A stretch of DNA of 58,744 nt, from positions 1 through 58,744 of the forward strand of contig CAMMYM010000001.1 in NCBI GenBank assembly GCA_946527725.1, in the 5' to 3' direction. Position 1 is the stretch's first letter. Every line of letters starts with the position of its first letter. Below, in pieces: positions 30,324 to 42,138 of the stretch. This DNA is from an uncultured Clostridia bacterium (GTDB taxonomy: Bacteria; Bacillota; Clostridia; Christensenellales; Aristaeellaceae). The notes under the pieces were generated by a model, which saw only the letters and a program-made list of their open reading frames with translations, searched no databases and had not been told where the DNA came from. Both the position numbers and the translations under genes were made by a program.

Positions 30324-30376
30324 AGCACAAAATTATTTTGTTCCCCTTTACAAGCACAAAATAATTGTGCTATTCT
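30324..30376 (+). promoter_or_regulatory. Two related palindromic operators and the promoter of the XRE-S24 gene
   Basis: AGCACAAAATTATTTTGTTC (30324-30343) and AGCACAA-AATAA-TTGTGCT (30353-30371); the second fills the spacer of TTTACA-N18-TATTCT. Confidence 0.72.
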
Positions 30377-30399
30377 ATAAGAGGAGAGGAGTGAAGCGC

Positions 30400-31206
30400 A
30401 TGAGCAGGCAGGAACAAAAGGAAGCCGGCCTTATCAACGCAGCGGGTATTTCCTATGCGGAAATTATTCGCCGATGCCGCCGGGAAAAGGGCCTGAACCA
30501 GGAAGAACTCGGCGCAATGGTCAGCGTCGGAAAGAATGCCGTCGGCGCATGGGAATCCGGAAGAAGCCGGCCGGATCTGAGCAGCGTCCCCGTGATCTGC
30601 GAAGCGCTGGGCCTTTCCCTGGAAGAGTTTTACGGTGTACGGCAAAAGAAAAGGGCTAAAAATACGGTGCCGGAGGAGTTTGCATCCAGATACAGCGCGC
30701 TCACGGAGTATCACCGCAAAATTGTACTGCGGGAGATGGATGCGCTTCTTGAAATGCAGGAGCATAACGCCCAGCCGCGCAGGAAACTGATCCGGCTTTT
30801 CAGGAATGATCTGTCAGCCTGTGCCGGGCCAAGCTTCACAATCGGCGAGACAAGCGGGGAGGAAGTATGGGTTGAAGAGACTGCGCTGACATCCAGGGCA
30901 GACGAACTGATCCGTGTCAGCGGGAATAGCATGGAGCCCGCTTTCCACGACGGTGACCAGGTGCTTGTCCGTCACGGATCGGCCCTGCAGCCGGGGGAAA
31001 TCGGAATCTTTACGAACGGGGATGCAGGATATATCAAAGTTTACCAGCGGGACGGGCTCCACAGCCTGAACCCTGCATACCCTGTCATTGAATTCGGGGA
31101 CGGCGATGAAGTTCGTTGTATTGGCAAGGTTCTTGGAATTGCAGGAGATGAATTGTTCGCCCGGGAAGATGAACTGAATATGATTGAGAACGAAAAGAGA
31201 GGATGA
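30400..31206 (+). CDS. XRE HTH + peptidase S24 (CI/LexA-like) repressor
   Basis: RREKGLNQEELG...AVGAWESGRSRPD HTH; CAG cleavage site, GNSMEP (Ser), YIKVY (Lys). Confidence 0.9.
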   Translation: MSRQEQKEAGLINAAGISYAEIIRRCRREKGLNQEELGAMVSVGKNAVGAWESGRSRPDLSSVPVICEALGLSLEEFYGVRQKKRAKNTVPEEFASRYSALTEYHRKIVLREMDALLEMQEHNAQPRRKLIRLFRNDLSACAGPSFTIGETSGEEVWVEETALTSRADELIRVSGNSMEPAFHDGDQVLVRHGSALQPGEIGIFTNGDAGYIKVYQRDGLHSLNPAYPVIEFGDGDEVRCIGKVLGIAGDELFAREDELNMIENEKRG

Positions 31207-31466
31207 GACGGATGAACAGCCGGAAACCACGAAACAAGAAGACCAGAGACACAATCCTGCGCTATATGATGACCTTTGCGGATGAGCAGGGGAAACAGCC
31301 GAGCGTCCGTGAAATCGGAGAAGCCGCCGGGCTGACGTCCACTTCGACAACCGCCGGATACCTGAGGAGAATGGTGAATGAAGGGCTGCTGATACAAAGT
31401 ACACAGTCCCGGAGGAACTACTTTATAACCCCAAACGCCATGACGATGCTTCGGCACGCCGGATAA
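31203..31466 (+). CDS. Stand-alone LexA-type winged-helix DNA-binding protein
   Basis: ILRYMMTFADEQGKQPSVREIGEAAGLTSTSTTAGYLRRMVNEGLL matches the LexA N-domain pattern; ATGA overlap with the upstream gene. Confidence 0.8.
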   Translation: MRRMNSRKPRNKKTRDTILRYMMTFADEQGKQPSVREIGEAAGLTSTSTTAGYLRRMVNEGLLIQSTQSRRNYFITPNAMTMLRHAG

Positions 31467-31472
31467 AGCCTG

Positions 31473-31495
31473 AAATCCCCTTCGGGGGATTTTTT
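31473..31495 (+). terminator. Intrinsic terminator
   Basis: AAATCCCC-TTCG-GGGGATTTTTT (cUUCGg tetraloop and U tract). Confidence 0.88.
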
Positions 31496-31554
31496 GCTGC
31501 GTTGTTTTTCATGCGCTTTCGTGATAAGATAACGGAAAAGGAGCGTGAAAGAAC

Positions 31555-32937
31555 ATGGAAAGACCGAATGCATGGAAGAATTATAAAAAAACCGAAATGA
31601 AAAAAGTGGAAACACTGGCTGAAGCGTACAAGGAATTCCTGAACAATGGGAAAACGGAACGCGAATGCGTCATCTATACAGTGAATGCGCTGGAAAAGGC
31701 AGGATATATTCCGCTGGACCGGGCCATCGCCGGAAATAAAAAGCTGAAAGCAGGAGATAAGGTTTACCTGAACCAGATGAACAAAGCCATTGTCGCTTTC
31801 CATCTCGGCAAAAAGCCCCTGGAAGACGGTATGAACATTGTCGGCGCCCATATCGATTCCCCCAGGATTGACCTGAAGCAGAATCCTTTCTATGAAGATA
31901 CGGATTATGCGCTTGCGGATACCCACTATTACGGCGGGATCAAGAAATACCAGTGGGTAGCAAGGCAGCTGTCCCTGCACGGTATTGTTGTGAAAAAAGA
32001 CGGAACTGCGGTGAACATCTGCATCGGTGAAAAGGACAGCGATCCTGTTGTCGGTGTGACCGACCTGCTGATCCATCTGTCCCAGGAACAGTCAGCCAAG
32101 AAGCTGAGTGAAGCGATTACCGGTGAAAACCTTGATATTGTACTGGCGGGGAAACCTTTGGCCGGCGAAGAAAAAGAACCTGTCAAAGCACAGCTGCTGA
32201 AGATCCTGAAGGACGAATACGGGATCGAAGAGGAGGATATGCTTTCCGCTGAGATTGAGGCAGTTCCGGCTGAAAAAGCGAGGGATTTCGGCCTTGACCG
32301 GTCCATGATTATCGGCTACGGCCATGATGACAGAAGCTGTGCGTTCGCCGAACTTGACGCTTTGCTGAGCATAAAGGAGATCCCCGAGTATACCTGCTGC
32401 GGAATGCTTGTTGATAAGGAAGAAATCGGCAGCGTCGGTGCAACCGGCATGCAGGCTAATTACCTCGAAAATGCTGTGGCTGAAATTGCAAACCTGATGG
32501 GACAGTACAGCGAACTGACCGTCCGCAGGGCACTGCGCAACAGCCGGATGCTGTCCTGTGACGTCAGCGCAGGTTTTGATCCGCTGTATGCTTCAGCTTT
32601 TGAAAAGAAAAATGCCGCATTCCTGGGCAGGGGTGTCTGCTACAACAAGTTTACAGGCCGGGGCGGCAAGAGCGGATCAAACGACGCGAATGCGGAATTT
32701 ATCGGAAAGATCCGCCGGATCATGGATGAGAACAAGGTCTGCTGGCAGACAGCTGAACTGGGCCGTGTGGATCTTGGCGGCGGCGGAACCATCGCTTATA
32801 TTTGCGCGTTGTACGGCATGGAAGTCATCGACAGCGGCGTTGCTGTGCTGAATATGCATGCACCGATGGAGATCATCTCCAAGGCGGACCTTTATGAAGC
32901 TGCCAAAGCTTACAGGGCCTTTATGCTGAACGCTTAA
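31555..32937 (+). CDS. apeA: M18 family aminopeptidase
   Basis: GAHIDSPR, THYYGGIKKYQW, GHDDR, DKEEIGS, MHAPME. Confidence 0.9.
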   Translation: MERPNAWKNYKKTEMKKVETLAEAYKEFLNNGKTERECVIYTVNALEKAGYIPLDRAIAGNKKLKAGDKVYLNQMNKAIVAFHLGKKPLEDGMNIVGAHIDSPRIDLKQNPFYEDTDYALADTHYYGGIKKYQWVARQLSLHGIVVKKDGTAVNICIGEKDSDPVVGVTDLLIHLSQEQSAKKLSEAITGENLDIVLAGKPLAGEEKEPVKAQLLKILKDEYGIEEEDMLSAEIEAVPAEKARDFGLDRSMIIGYGHDDRSCAFAELDALLSIKEIPEYTCCGMLVDKEEIGSVGATGMQANYLENAVAEIANLMGQYSELTVRRALRNSRMLSCDVSAGFDPLYASAFEKKNAAFLGRGVCYNKFTGRGGKSGSNDANAEFIGKIRRIMDENKVCWQTAELGRVDLGGGGTIAYICALYGMEVIDSGVAVLNMHAPMEIISKADLYEAAKAYRAFMLNA

Positions 32938-32984
32938 ACCCCGGCACGAGGATAAACCTTCGTGGTCTCGCATACTCTTGGCAT

Positions 32985-33027
32985 CAACAAAGCATCCACC
33001 GGCGATCTGCCGGTGGATGCTTTGTTG
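32985..33027. terminator. Bidirectional terminator
   Basis: CAACAAAGCATCCACCGGC-GATCT-GCCGGTGGATGCTTTGTTG, a 19-bp perfect stem between convergent genes. Confidence 0.88.
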
Positions 33028-33031
33028 TGTG

Positions 33032-34081
33032 CTACGCCTGCAGGATATGCCGCGCTGCCTGCAGCGGGACATTCATGGCTGCAGGGAAGGCAAGCCCGCT
33101 GAGGGTTTCCAGGGTGACCCAACGGAAATCAGCGGGATCCGGCAGGCCTGGTTCAGCTATCGCCGGAATAACATCCATTTCCCATACGAGGTGTGTGAAA
33201 ACATGCCTCGCATGAACAGGATCGCCTGCGGCTTGCGCACGGATACGGTATTTTTTTTCAAGGAAACTGAAGACGCTGCCCGGATCGCAGTCCAGCAGCG
33301 GGAAAGACCACATACCGCGGAGAAGGGATTCCGTCCGGCAGCGCACAAGGGTGCGGCCCCCCGATATAATGACAGGAACTGACCAGCGGACAGCCTTCGG
33401 CGGCCTGGATACCGGCATGATGGGCAGTGATTCAGCATCTCCATGGGCAAAGGCATCACAAAAAGAAGAAAGGGGACAACGGGTACAGTCCGGCGTGCCG
33501 GGTACACAGACGGTTGCGCCCAGGTCCATGACTGCCTGGTTATAATCACCGGGGCGTTTCTCCGGTACAGCTGCTGCAGCCAGCGATTCAAGCTTTTTCC
33601 GTACTTCAGGAAGCCCGATGTTTTCCCGGATTCCGCAAAGCCGGGAAAAAACGCGCAGCACGTTGCCGTCGACAGCCGGCACACGGACATCATATGCAAT
33701 GGAAGCAATTGCTCCGGCCGTATAAGGGCCGATTCCGCTGATTTTCCGGAGCAGCGCAGGCTCGCTTGGAAGCTGACCGCCAAACTGCTCCATGACCTGG
33801 CGCGCACCTTTCAGGAGGTTTCTTGCCCTGGAATAATAACCGAGTCCTTCCCATTGCTTCAGGACGTCCGCTTCATCTGATGCGGCAAGGTCGGGAAGGG
33901 CAGGAAAACGCTGCAGGAAACGTTCATAGTATGGCAGTACGGTGTCAACCCGGGTTTGCTGGAGCATGGCTTCACTGACCCATGTCCTGTAAGGGTCATG
34001 GATTCCGCGCCAGGGCATTGTCCTTGCACAGCGGTCATACCATGCCAGCAATGATGCAGAGATTAACGAAAACTGTTTCAT
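33032..34081 (-). CDS. mutY: A/G-specific adenine DNA glycosylase
   Basis: WVSEAMLQQT, WEGLGYYSRARNL, GIGPYTAGAI, VDGNV, Fe-S motif CxxxxxxCxxCxxxxxC, HVFTH. Confidence 0.96.
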   Translation of the reverse strand: MKQFSLISASLLAWYDRCARTMPWRGIHDPYRTWVSEAMLQQTRVDTVLPYYERFLQRFPALPDLAASDEADVLKQWEGLGYYSRARNLLKGARQVMEQFGGQLPSEPALLRKISGIGPYTAGAIASIAYDVRVPAVDGNVLRVFSRLCGIRENIGLPEVRKKLESLAAAAVPEKRPGDYNQAVMDLGATVCVPGTPDCTRCPLSSFCDAFAHGDAESLPIMPVSRPPKAVRWSVPVIISGGRTLVRCRTESLLRGMWSFPLLDCDPGSVFSFLEKKYRIRAQAAGDPVHARHVFTHLVWEMDVIPAIAEPGLPDPADFRWVTLETLSGLAFPAAMNVPLQAARHILQA

Positions 34082-34253
34082 CCCATGATTCCCTTCCAAG
34101 GACAAGCAGGTAAACAAGCCTGCGAAATAGCTGAATGGATTGTAACACAAAGGTTCGCAATGATGAATTAAAGGAAATGAAAGAATAACGGAGATAATCG
34201 GAGCAAAACAAAGAAACATTTAGAAAACTACGCATTCCAGGCCAATAATCCAC

Positions 34254-34282
34254 TTGCGTGAAAGGTACAAATGCTATATATT
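34254..34282 (+). promoter_or_regulatory. sigma-A promoter of groESL
   Basis: TTGCGT-N17-TATATT just upstream of the CIRCE element. Confidence 0.6.
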
Positions 34283-34293
34283 ACATCATGTTG

Positions 34294-34320
34294 TTAGCAC
34301 TCCTGCATGATGAGTGCTAA
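34294..34320. promoter_or_regulatory. CIRCE element (HrcA operator)
   Basis: Perfect TTAGCACTC-N9-GAGTGCTAA upstream of groES. Confidence 0.98.
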
Positions 34321-34342
34321 CACAGAACGAGAGATGTTATGA

Positions 34343-36304
<1,962 letters not shown>

Positions 36305-36322
36305 TCGGTTCCTGTCTTTCTT

Positions 36323-36355
36323 CAGTACCCGTTTTCGAACGGGTACTGTTTTTTT
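36323..36355 (+). terminator. Intrinsic terminator of groESL
   Basis: CAGTACCCGTT-TTCG-AACGGGTACTG followed by TTTTTTT. Confidence 0.92.
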
Positions 36356-36388
36356 CATGGATGAACGATCCTGAGGGTACTGCTTTCC

Positions 36389-36417
36389 TTGAGTAATCGG
36401 TGAAGATGTGCTAAACT
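36389..36417 (+). promoter_or_regulatory. sigma-A promoter of metA
   Basis: TTGAGT-N17-TAAACT with an extended TG. Confidence 0.6.
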
Positions 36418-36458
36418 AACTGCTAATTACCGGATTTGACCGAAAGGAATGAGCAACG

Positions 36459-37379
36459 GTGCCAATCAAGATTCCGAATGAGCTGCCTGCATACAAAACG
36501 CTTACAGAAGAGAATATTTTCGTAATGACGGAAACCCGCGCCCTGACGCAGGATATCCGCCCGCTGCAGATTGCCATCGTGAACCTGATGCCCACAAAAA
36601 TCGATACGGAAACACAGCTGCTGCGGCTTCTCGGTAACACTTCGCTGCAGGTGGAAACAGAACTGATCAAAATGCAGAGCCATGTTTCAAAGAATACATC
36701 CGCCGAGCATCTGACAGCGTTCTATAAAACATTTTCCGATATCCGTGACAGGAATTTTGACGGTATGGTAATTACCGGAGCGCCTGTGGAGCACCTGGCC
36801 TTTGAAGATGTCGAGTATTGGGATGAACTGTGTGAAATCATGGAATGGAGCAAAGACCATGTACATTCCACGTTCCACATCTGCTGGGGTGCGCAGGCTG
36901 CGCTGTATTATCATTTCGGAATTCCGAAATACCCGCTGGAGAAGAAGCTTTTCGGGGTCTTCCCGCATCATGCCGAACGAAAAAACTATATTCTCCTTCG
37001 CGGGTTTGACGATGTTTTCATGGCGCCGCACAGCCGCCATACGACCGTGCGCAGGGAAGACCTGGAGGCTTGCGGGCGGCTGAAAATCCTCGCGTCATCC
37101 GATGAAGCCGGTGTATATGCCGCTATTACGGAAAACGGACGCCAGGTATTTATCATGGGCCACAGTGAATATGACCAGAGGACGCTGGAAAGGGAATACC
37201 TACGGGACAAACGTGCCGGCCTTCCGATTGATGTTCCGAAAAACTATTACCCCGGGGATGATGATACAAAGGAGCCGCTTGTATCATGGAGAAGCCATGC
37301 CAACCTGCTGTATGCAAACTGGCTGAACTACCTTGTTTATCAGACCACGCCATATGATCTGAACGAGATTTCAGGATAA
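36459..37379 (+). CDS. metA: Homoserine O-acyltransferase (MetA family; TGAPVE predicts acetyl-CoA use)
   Basis: [44 protein letters not shown]. Confidence 0.96.
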   Translation: MPIKIPNELPAYKTLTEENIFVMTETRALTQDIRPLQIAIVNLMPTKIDTETQLLRLLGNTSLQVETELIKMQSHVSKNTSAEHLTAFYKTFSDIRDRNFDGMVITGAPVEHLAFEDVEYWDELCEIMEWSKDHVHSTFHICWGAQAALYYHFGIPKYPLEKKLFGVFPHHAERKNYILLRGFDDVFMAPHSRHTTVRREDLEACGRLKILASSDEAGVYAAITENGRQVFIMGHSEYDQRTLEREYLRDKRAGLPIDVPKNYYPGDDDTKEPLVSWRSHANLLYANWLNYLVYQTTPYDLNEISG

Positions 37380-38149
37380 TGCGAAGCGAAACAGAACTCT
37401 TTTCACCCGCTGAACTCAGGATCTATTCATTGATTGCTGCTGGTGACGGAATCAAGGCACGGGAAATCAGCGCACGCCTCGGTATCGATAAGTCAGAAAT
37501 CAGCAGGATGATGGTATCATCTGCGCTCATGCGTGAACTGTGCTACCAGGACAGGGAATACCGGTGGCATGCAATTGTACGGCAGCAGGCACCGCATGAA
37601 GGCTTGTATGAGTTTTCCGGGTGGTACGGAACAGTCGCGGAGTTTCTTGCAGAAAACGAGGAACAATGGCTCCGGGAGCTGGAAGACGGCTGCAGGCGAA
37701 TTGGGCGCAGCCTGAATGATAAGCGGGGGCTGATTCATTCTTTTACGGACTGCCGCAAAACGATGAGAGCCCTGTTTGCAGACCTGCGGGATATGTCGGA
37801 TCTTGATTTCAGCGAATGGGAGATTGTATTTGAACTCAGGTTCAATCTCCGCCGCTTTTTGCGCATTTATGCGGATGTGCTGGTGATTGCGGGAGGAAAG
37901 GTTTTTTCCCTTGAGTTCAAGATGAAGAATAAAACGGATCCGGATGAAGTCCTGCAGGCCGCAAAATATGTTCCTTACCTTGAAGTGCTTTTCGGGCAGC
38001 ATACGGATGTTTATCCGGCACTTGTACTGACGGGTGCCTCCGAATTGTTTGCTTATGAACAGATCGGAAAAACCGACTATGTCCTGCCGGTTTGCTCGGG
38101 TAACATGTTATTCAATGTGTTCAATGAATATCTGGGTTTCCTGAACTGA
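37379..38149 (+). CDS. Hypothetical protein: N-terminal HTH + PD-(D/E)XK-like nuclease domain
   Basis: GIKAREISARLGIDKSEISR HTH; FE...ADVLVIAGGKVFSLEFK...QAAKY pattern; TAATG coupling to metA. Confidence 0.65.
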   Translation: MRSETELFSPAELRIYSLIAAGDGIKAREISARLGIDKSEISRMMVSSALMRELCYQDREYRWHAIVRQQAPHEGLYEFSGWYGTVAEFLAENEEQWLRELEDGCRRIGRSLNDKRGLIHSFTDCRKTMRALFADLRDMSDLDFSEWEIVFELRFNLRRFLRIYADVLVIAGGKVFSLEFKMKNKTDPDEVLQAAKYVPYLEVLFGQHTDVYPALVLTGASELFAYEQIGKTDYVLPVCSGNMLFNVFNEYLGFLN

Positions 38150-38189
38150 CGGAAAAGCAGTCATGCAGACGGCAGGGGATGAATTCAAG

Positions 38190-38218
38190 TTGACAACATC
38201 AGGGAAAAAATGTATAAT
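38190..38218 (+). promoter_or_regulatory. Consensus sigma-A promoter of greA-lysS
   Basis: Perfect TTGACA-N17-TATAAT. Confidence 0.9.
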
Positions 38219-38311
38219 CCCTGCTATCGTCAGAAGATTATCTGAAACACCTTGTCTCCCGTAGGACGGCTGCAGGGTGTTTCTTGTATGTGAAAGGAGC
38301 CTGAACGACCC

Positions 38312-38794
38312 ATGGCTGAAGAAAAAGGTGCTGTACTGACTGAAAGCGGCCTGAAAAAACTCCAGGAACAACTTGACTATCTTGTGTCCGTCCGCCGGAA
38401 TGAGATCAGCGAGCAGATCGCGATCGCCCGCGGGTTCGGCGACCTGAGTGAAAATGCCGAATATGACGAAGCAAAGAAGGAACAGGCCAAGGTAGAGGAA
38501 GAAATCACAAGACTGCAGGCAACCATCCGGACAGCGACGGTTGTTGCGGACGATGAAATTACAACCGAACGCGTTTCGATCGGCACCATCGTAAAGGTGA
38601 AGGATCTGGATGAGAACGAAACCTACGAATATGCGATCGTCGGCGCGAACGAGTCGGATCCTGCCAACGACAAGATTTCCAACGAGAGCCCTGTCGGTGC
38701 GGGATTGCTGGGAGCAAAACGGAATCAAACCATCACGATCCAGATCCCGGCAGGTGTGATCCGTTACAAAATCCTGTCCATCAAGAAGATGTAA
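38312..38794 (+). CDS. greA: Transcription elongation factor GreA
   Basis: ARGFGDLSENAEY, ISNESPVGAGLLG. Confidence 0.97.
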   Translation: MAEEKGAVLTESGLKKLQEQLDYLVSVRRNEISEQIAIARGFGDLSENAEYDEAKKEQAKVEEEITRLQATIRTATVVADDEITTERVSIGTIVKVKDLDENETYEYAIVGANESDPANDKISNESPVGAGLLGAKRNQTITIQIPAGVIRYKILSIKKM

Positions 38795-38811
38795 GATAAA
38801 GGAGATACAGC

Positions 38812-40323
38812 ATGGCTGGCACAGAAACCGGAAATGTCAACGAACTGCTTCAGATCAGAAGGGACAAGCTGAAAGAACTCCAGGACGCGGGCAAGGACCC
38901 GTTTGTCATCACAAAATACGATGTTACGCATCACAGCGCTGATATCAGGGACAACTATGACAAACTGGAAGGGCAGGAAGTTTGCATTGCCGGACGGATG
39001 ATGTCCAAGCGGATCATGGGGAAAGCTTCCTTCTGCCACATTCAGGACCTGAAGGGCACGATTCAGTGCTATGTAGCCAGGGACTTTGTCGGTGAGGATG
39101 CGTACAAAGATTTCAAGAAGATGGATATCGGGGATATCATCGGACTGAAGGGTACGGTTTTCAAAACAAAGACGGAAGAGATCTCTGTACACGCTGTGGA
39201 ACTGGTGCTGCTGTCCAAGAGCCTGCAGATCCTTCCGGAAAAGTACCATGGGCTGACGAACACGGATATGCGCTACCGGCAGCGGTATGTGGACCTGATT
39301 ATGAACCCGGAAGTGAAGGATACCTTTATCAAACGGTCCAGGATCATCAGCTCAATCCGGAAATACCTGGACGCACAGGGTTTCATGGAAGTGGAGACAC
39401 CGATGCTGGTGGCCAACGCAGGAGGCGCAGCAGCGAGACCCTTTGAGACGCATTTCAACGCACTGGATGAGGACTTCAAACTGCGGATCTCCCTGGAACT
39501 GTACCTGAAGCGGCTGATTGTCGGCGGACTTGAAAGGGTTTACGAGATCGGGCGCGTTTTCCGCAATGAAGGCCTGGATACCCGGCATAACCCGGAATTC
39601 ACATTGATGGAGCTGTACCAGGCGTATACGGATTACCATGGCATGATGGACCTGACGGAGAACCTCTACAGGCATGTTGCACAGGAGGTACTCGGCACCA
39701 CGAAGATCGTATACAACGGCATCGAGATGGACCTGGGCAAGCCTTTCGAGCGGATCACCATGACCGAAGCTGTCAAGAAGTATTCAGGCGTGGATTTCGA
39801 CGAGATCCATACATTGGAAGAAGCGCGTGAAGCCGCCAAAGCGCATCATGTTGAGTTTGAACCCCGCCATAAGAAGGGCGAGATCCTTAATCTTTTCTTC
39901 GAGCAGTTCTGCGAGGAGCACATGATCCAGCCGACATTCATTATGGATCATCCGACGGACATCAGCCCGCTGACCAAGATGAAACCCGGCCATCCCGAAT
40001 ATGTGGAACGGTTCGAGTTCTTTATGAACGGATGGGAAATGGCAAACGCGTATTCCGAGCTGAACGACCCGATCGACCAGCGTCACCGCTTCGCCATGCA
40101 GGAAGAACAGTTTGCTGCCGGGGATGAGGAAGCGAACCATACGGATGAAGATTTCCTCAATGCCCTGGAGATCGGAATGCCGCCGACCGGCGGAATAGGG
40201 TTCGGTATCGACCGTATGTGCATGCTGCTGACTGATTCCGCAGCGATCCGCGATGTCCTGCTGTTCCCGACAATGAAACCGCTTGACAGGAAAGAAAGCG
40301 GAGAAGCCGAAGAAGCAGAATAA
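38812..40323 (+). CDS. lysS: Lysine--tRNA ligase (class II)
   Basis: [51 protein letters not shown]. Confidence 0.98.
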   Translation: MAGTETGNVNELLQIRRDKLKELQDAGKDPFVITKYDVTHHSADIRDNYDKLEGQEVCIAGRMMSKRIMGKASFCHIQDLKGTIQCYVARDFVGEDAYKDFKKMDIGDIIGLKGTVFKTKTEEISVHAVELVLLSKSLQILPEKYHGLTNTDMRYRQRYVDLIMNPEVKDTFIKRSRIISSIRKYLDAQGFMEVETPMLVANAGGAAARPFETHFNALDEDFKLRISLELYLKRLIVGGLERVYEIGRVFRNEGLDTRHNPEFTLMELYQAYTDYHGMMDLTENLYRHVAQEVLGTTKIVYNGIEMDLGKPFERITMTEAVKKYSGVDFDEIHTLEEAREAAKAHHVEFEPRHKKGEILNLFFEQFCEEHMIQPTFIMDHPTDISPLTKMKPGHPEYVERFEFFMNGWEMANAYSELNDPIDQRHRFAMQEEQFAAGDEEANHTDEDFLNALEIGMPPTGGIGFGIDRMCMLLTDSAAIRDVLLFPTMKPLDRKESGEAEEAE

Positions 40324-40334
40324 AAGCATCCACA

Positions 40335-40362
40335 CCCGCTGATCATTTGCAGCGGGTTTTTT
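40335..40362 (+). terminator. Intrinsic terminator after lysS
   Basis: ACCCGCTG...CAGCGGGT followed by a T tract. Confidence 0.82.
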
Positions 40363-40395
40363 CAAAGCGTATCCGGAAAGGAAGCTGCCTGCTGA

Positions 40396-41058
40396 ATGAC
40401 TGACACAATCACGAAAAAGCAAAATCAGAAGAGGGAACCCCCGAAAAGGTCAGTGCTGGAAGAAGTAGGGAATGCAGTTACGCACGGGACAGGCGCCCTT
40501 TTAGGTATCGCGGGCCTGGTCCTGCTTCTGCTCCGGTCCGATACCGGTATAAAAGTGTTCTCTTCCGTGGTATACGGTGTATGTTTTATCCTGATGTTCC
40601 TGATGAGCTGCCTGTATCATTCCTTCAAATGGGGAACGGCTGTAAAACGCGTGTGGCGGAGATTTGATTACCTGTCGATCTACCTGCTGATCGGCGGAAC
40701 GTTTACGCCGCTCTGGCTGCTTTACCGGGGCGGAACTGCCGGAACCGTATTTTGCATTGCTGAGTGGGCTGTTATTCTTGCCGGAGTAACGCTGATCAGT
40801 GTTTTCGGGCCGGAGAAGGCGCGCAAAATCCATATGGCACTGTATATCGTCCTTGGATGGAGCGGCCTGGTTTTCCTGCCCCGGATGGCCAGAGAAAACA
40901 TTCCGCTGCTCATTTTTATCCTTGCGGGCGGGCTGCTGTATACCATTGGCATTATACCGTTTGCACTGAAAAAGAAAGGTGCACATTTTATCTGGCACTT
41001 CTTTGTCCTCTTCGGGGCAATTGCCCATTGGTTTGGGATCTACCTGTATTTATATTGA
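40396..41058 (+). CDS. PAQR/hemolysin III family membrane protein (TrhA-like)
   Basis: EEVGNAVTHG, SCLYHS, RFDYLSIYLLIGGTFTP, HFIWHFFVL. Confidence 0.92.
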   Translation: MTDTITKKQNQKREPPKRSVLEEVGNAVTHGTGALLGIAGLVLLLLRSDTGIKVFSSVVYGVCFILMFLMSCLYHSFKWGTAVKRVWRRFDYLSIYLLIGGTFTPLWLLYRGGTAGTVFCIAEWAVILAGVTLISVFGPEKARKIHMALYIVLGWSGLVFLPRMARENIPLLIFILAGGLLYTIGIIPFALKKKGAHFIWHFFVLFGAIAHWFGIYLYLY

Positions 41059-41135
41059 AATATGTAACTGATATGTAATGCCCGGTTTATAGAATGAAAA
41101 CAGGGAGACTGACAGGAACAGGGGGAATAAATGAA

Positions 41136-42086
41136 ATGAAGATGAAGGACTTTGGATTCTACAGGGGGGTAAACCTGGGCGGATGGTTTTCCCAGTGTGA
41201 TTACTCTGAAGACAGAATGGACAATTTCATCACGGAAAAGGATTTCAGTATCATCGCAGGATGGGGGCTGGACCATGTCCGGATTCCGGTGGATTATAAC
41301 GTCATGCAGGAAGAAGACGGAAGCTGGAAAGCGGATGGATTCCGCAGGATTGAAAACGCACTGAAATATGCCGGGAAAAACGGCCTGAAGGTTGTGCTCG
41401 ACCTGCATAAAACTGCCGGGTTCTCATTTGATGCGGGCGAAAAGGAAGAAGGCTTTTTTGCCAGCGAAGCATATCAGGATCGTTTCTACCGCCTCTGGAG
41501 CGAAATGGCCAGGCAGTTCACCGACCCGAAAAACGTAGCCTTTGAACTGCTCAACGAAGTAACGGACGAATCGTTTATCGGCGCCTGGAACAGGATCTCC
41601 GGCGAGTGCATCCGCAGAATCCGCGCCATTGCCCCAGATTCCCTGATTCTGGTCGGGAGTTATCATAACAACGCCCCTGACGCTTTGAAGGACCTGGACG
41701 CGCCTGCAGATGAACACGTGCTCTACAATTTCCATTGCTATGATCCCATTGCCTTTACCCACCAGGGAGCATATTGGGTACCGTGGCTGGACCGGGATGC
41801 CCGGATTTCCTTTGGGGAAGCAGGCGTGGACAGCAGCTTCTTTGAAAGAAGATTTGCCACGGCATTTGGCATGGCGGAAAAGTATAATACTGCATTGTAC
41901 TGCGGCGAATACGGCGTGATTGACAACGTTTCTCCTGAAGACACAGTGGAATGGTACAGGATGATCCATGATACTTTTGAAAAACATGAGATTTCAAGAA
42001 GCGCCTGGAGCTACCGCCGGATGGACTTCGGTATCACTGATGAAAGGCTTGACGGCGTACGCAGCAAGCTGATTTCCCTCCTGTAA
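41136..42086 (+). CDS. GH5 glycoside hydrolase (cellodextrinase/CelC-like), no signal peptide
   Basis: GVNLGGWFSQ, DHVRIPVDY, LDLH, FELLNEV (acid/base), FHCYDP, YCGEYG (nucleophile). Confidence 0.9.
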   Translation: MKMKDFGFYRGVNLGGWFSQCDYSEDRMDNFITEKDFSIIAGWGLDHVRIPVDYNVMQEEDGSWKADGFRRIENALKYAGKNGLKVVLDLHKTAGFSFDAGEKEEGFFASEAYQDRFYRLWSEMARQFTDPKNVAFELLNEVTDESFIGAWNRISGECIRRIRAIAPDSLILVGSYHNNAPDALKDLDAPADEHVLYNFHCYDPIAFTHQGAYWVPWLDRDARISFGEAGVDSSFFERRFATAFGMAEKYNTALYCGEYGVIDNVSPEDTVEWYRMIHDTFEKHEISRSAWSYRRMDFGITDERLDGVRSKLISLL

Positions 42087-42093
42087 GCAAAAA

Positions 42094-42130
42094 GAACCCC
42101 CGGAGTTCAAATGACGGACTCCGGGGGTTC
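42094..42130. terminator. Bidirectional terminator
   Basis: GAACCCCCGGAGT...ACTCCGGGGGTTC between convergent genes, with an A tract on the left. Confidence 0.85.
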
Positions 42131-42138
42131 CTTCATGA

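Noticed and set aside
30400-31466. Prophage immunity region
   Set aside because: No cro, integrase, replication or structural genes nearby; the flanks are ordinary chromosomal genes.
36305-36458. SAM riboswitch or T-box upstream of metA
   Set aside because: The predicted leader is only about 35 nt after the promoter and shows no S-box or T-box consensus.
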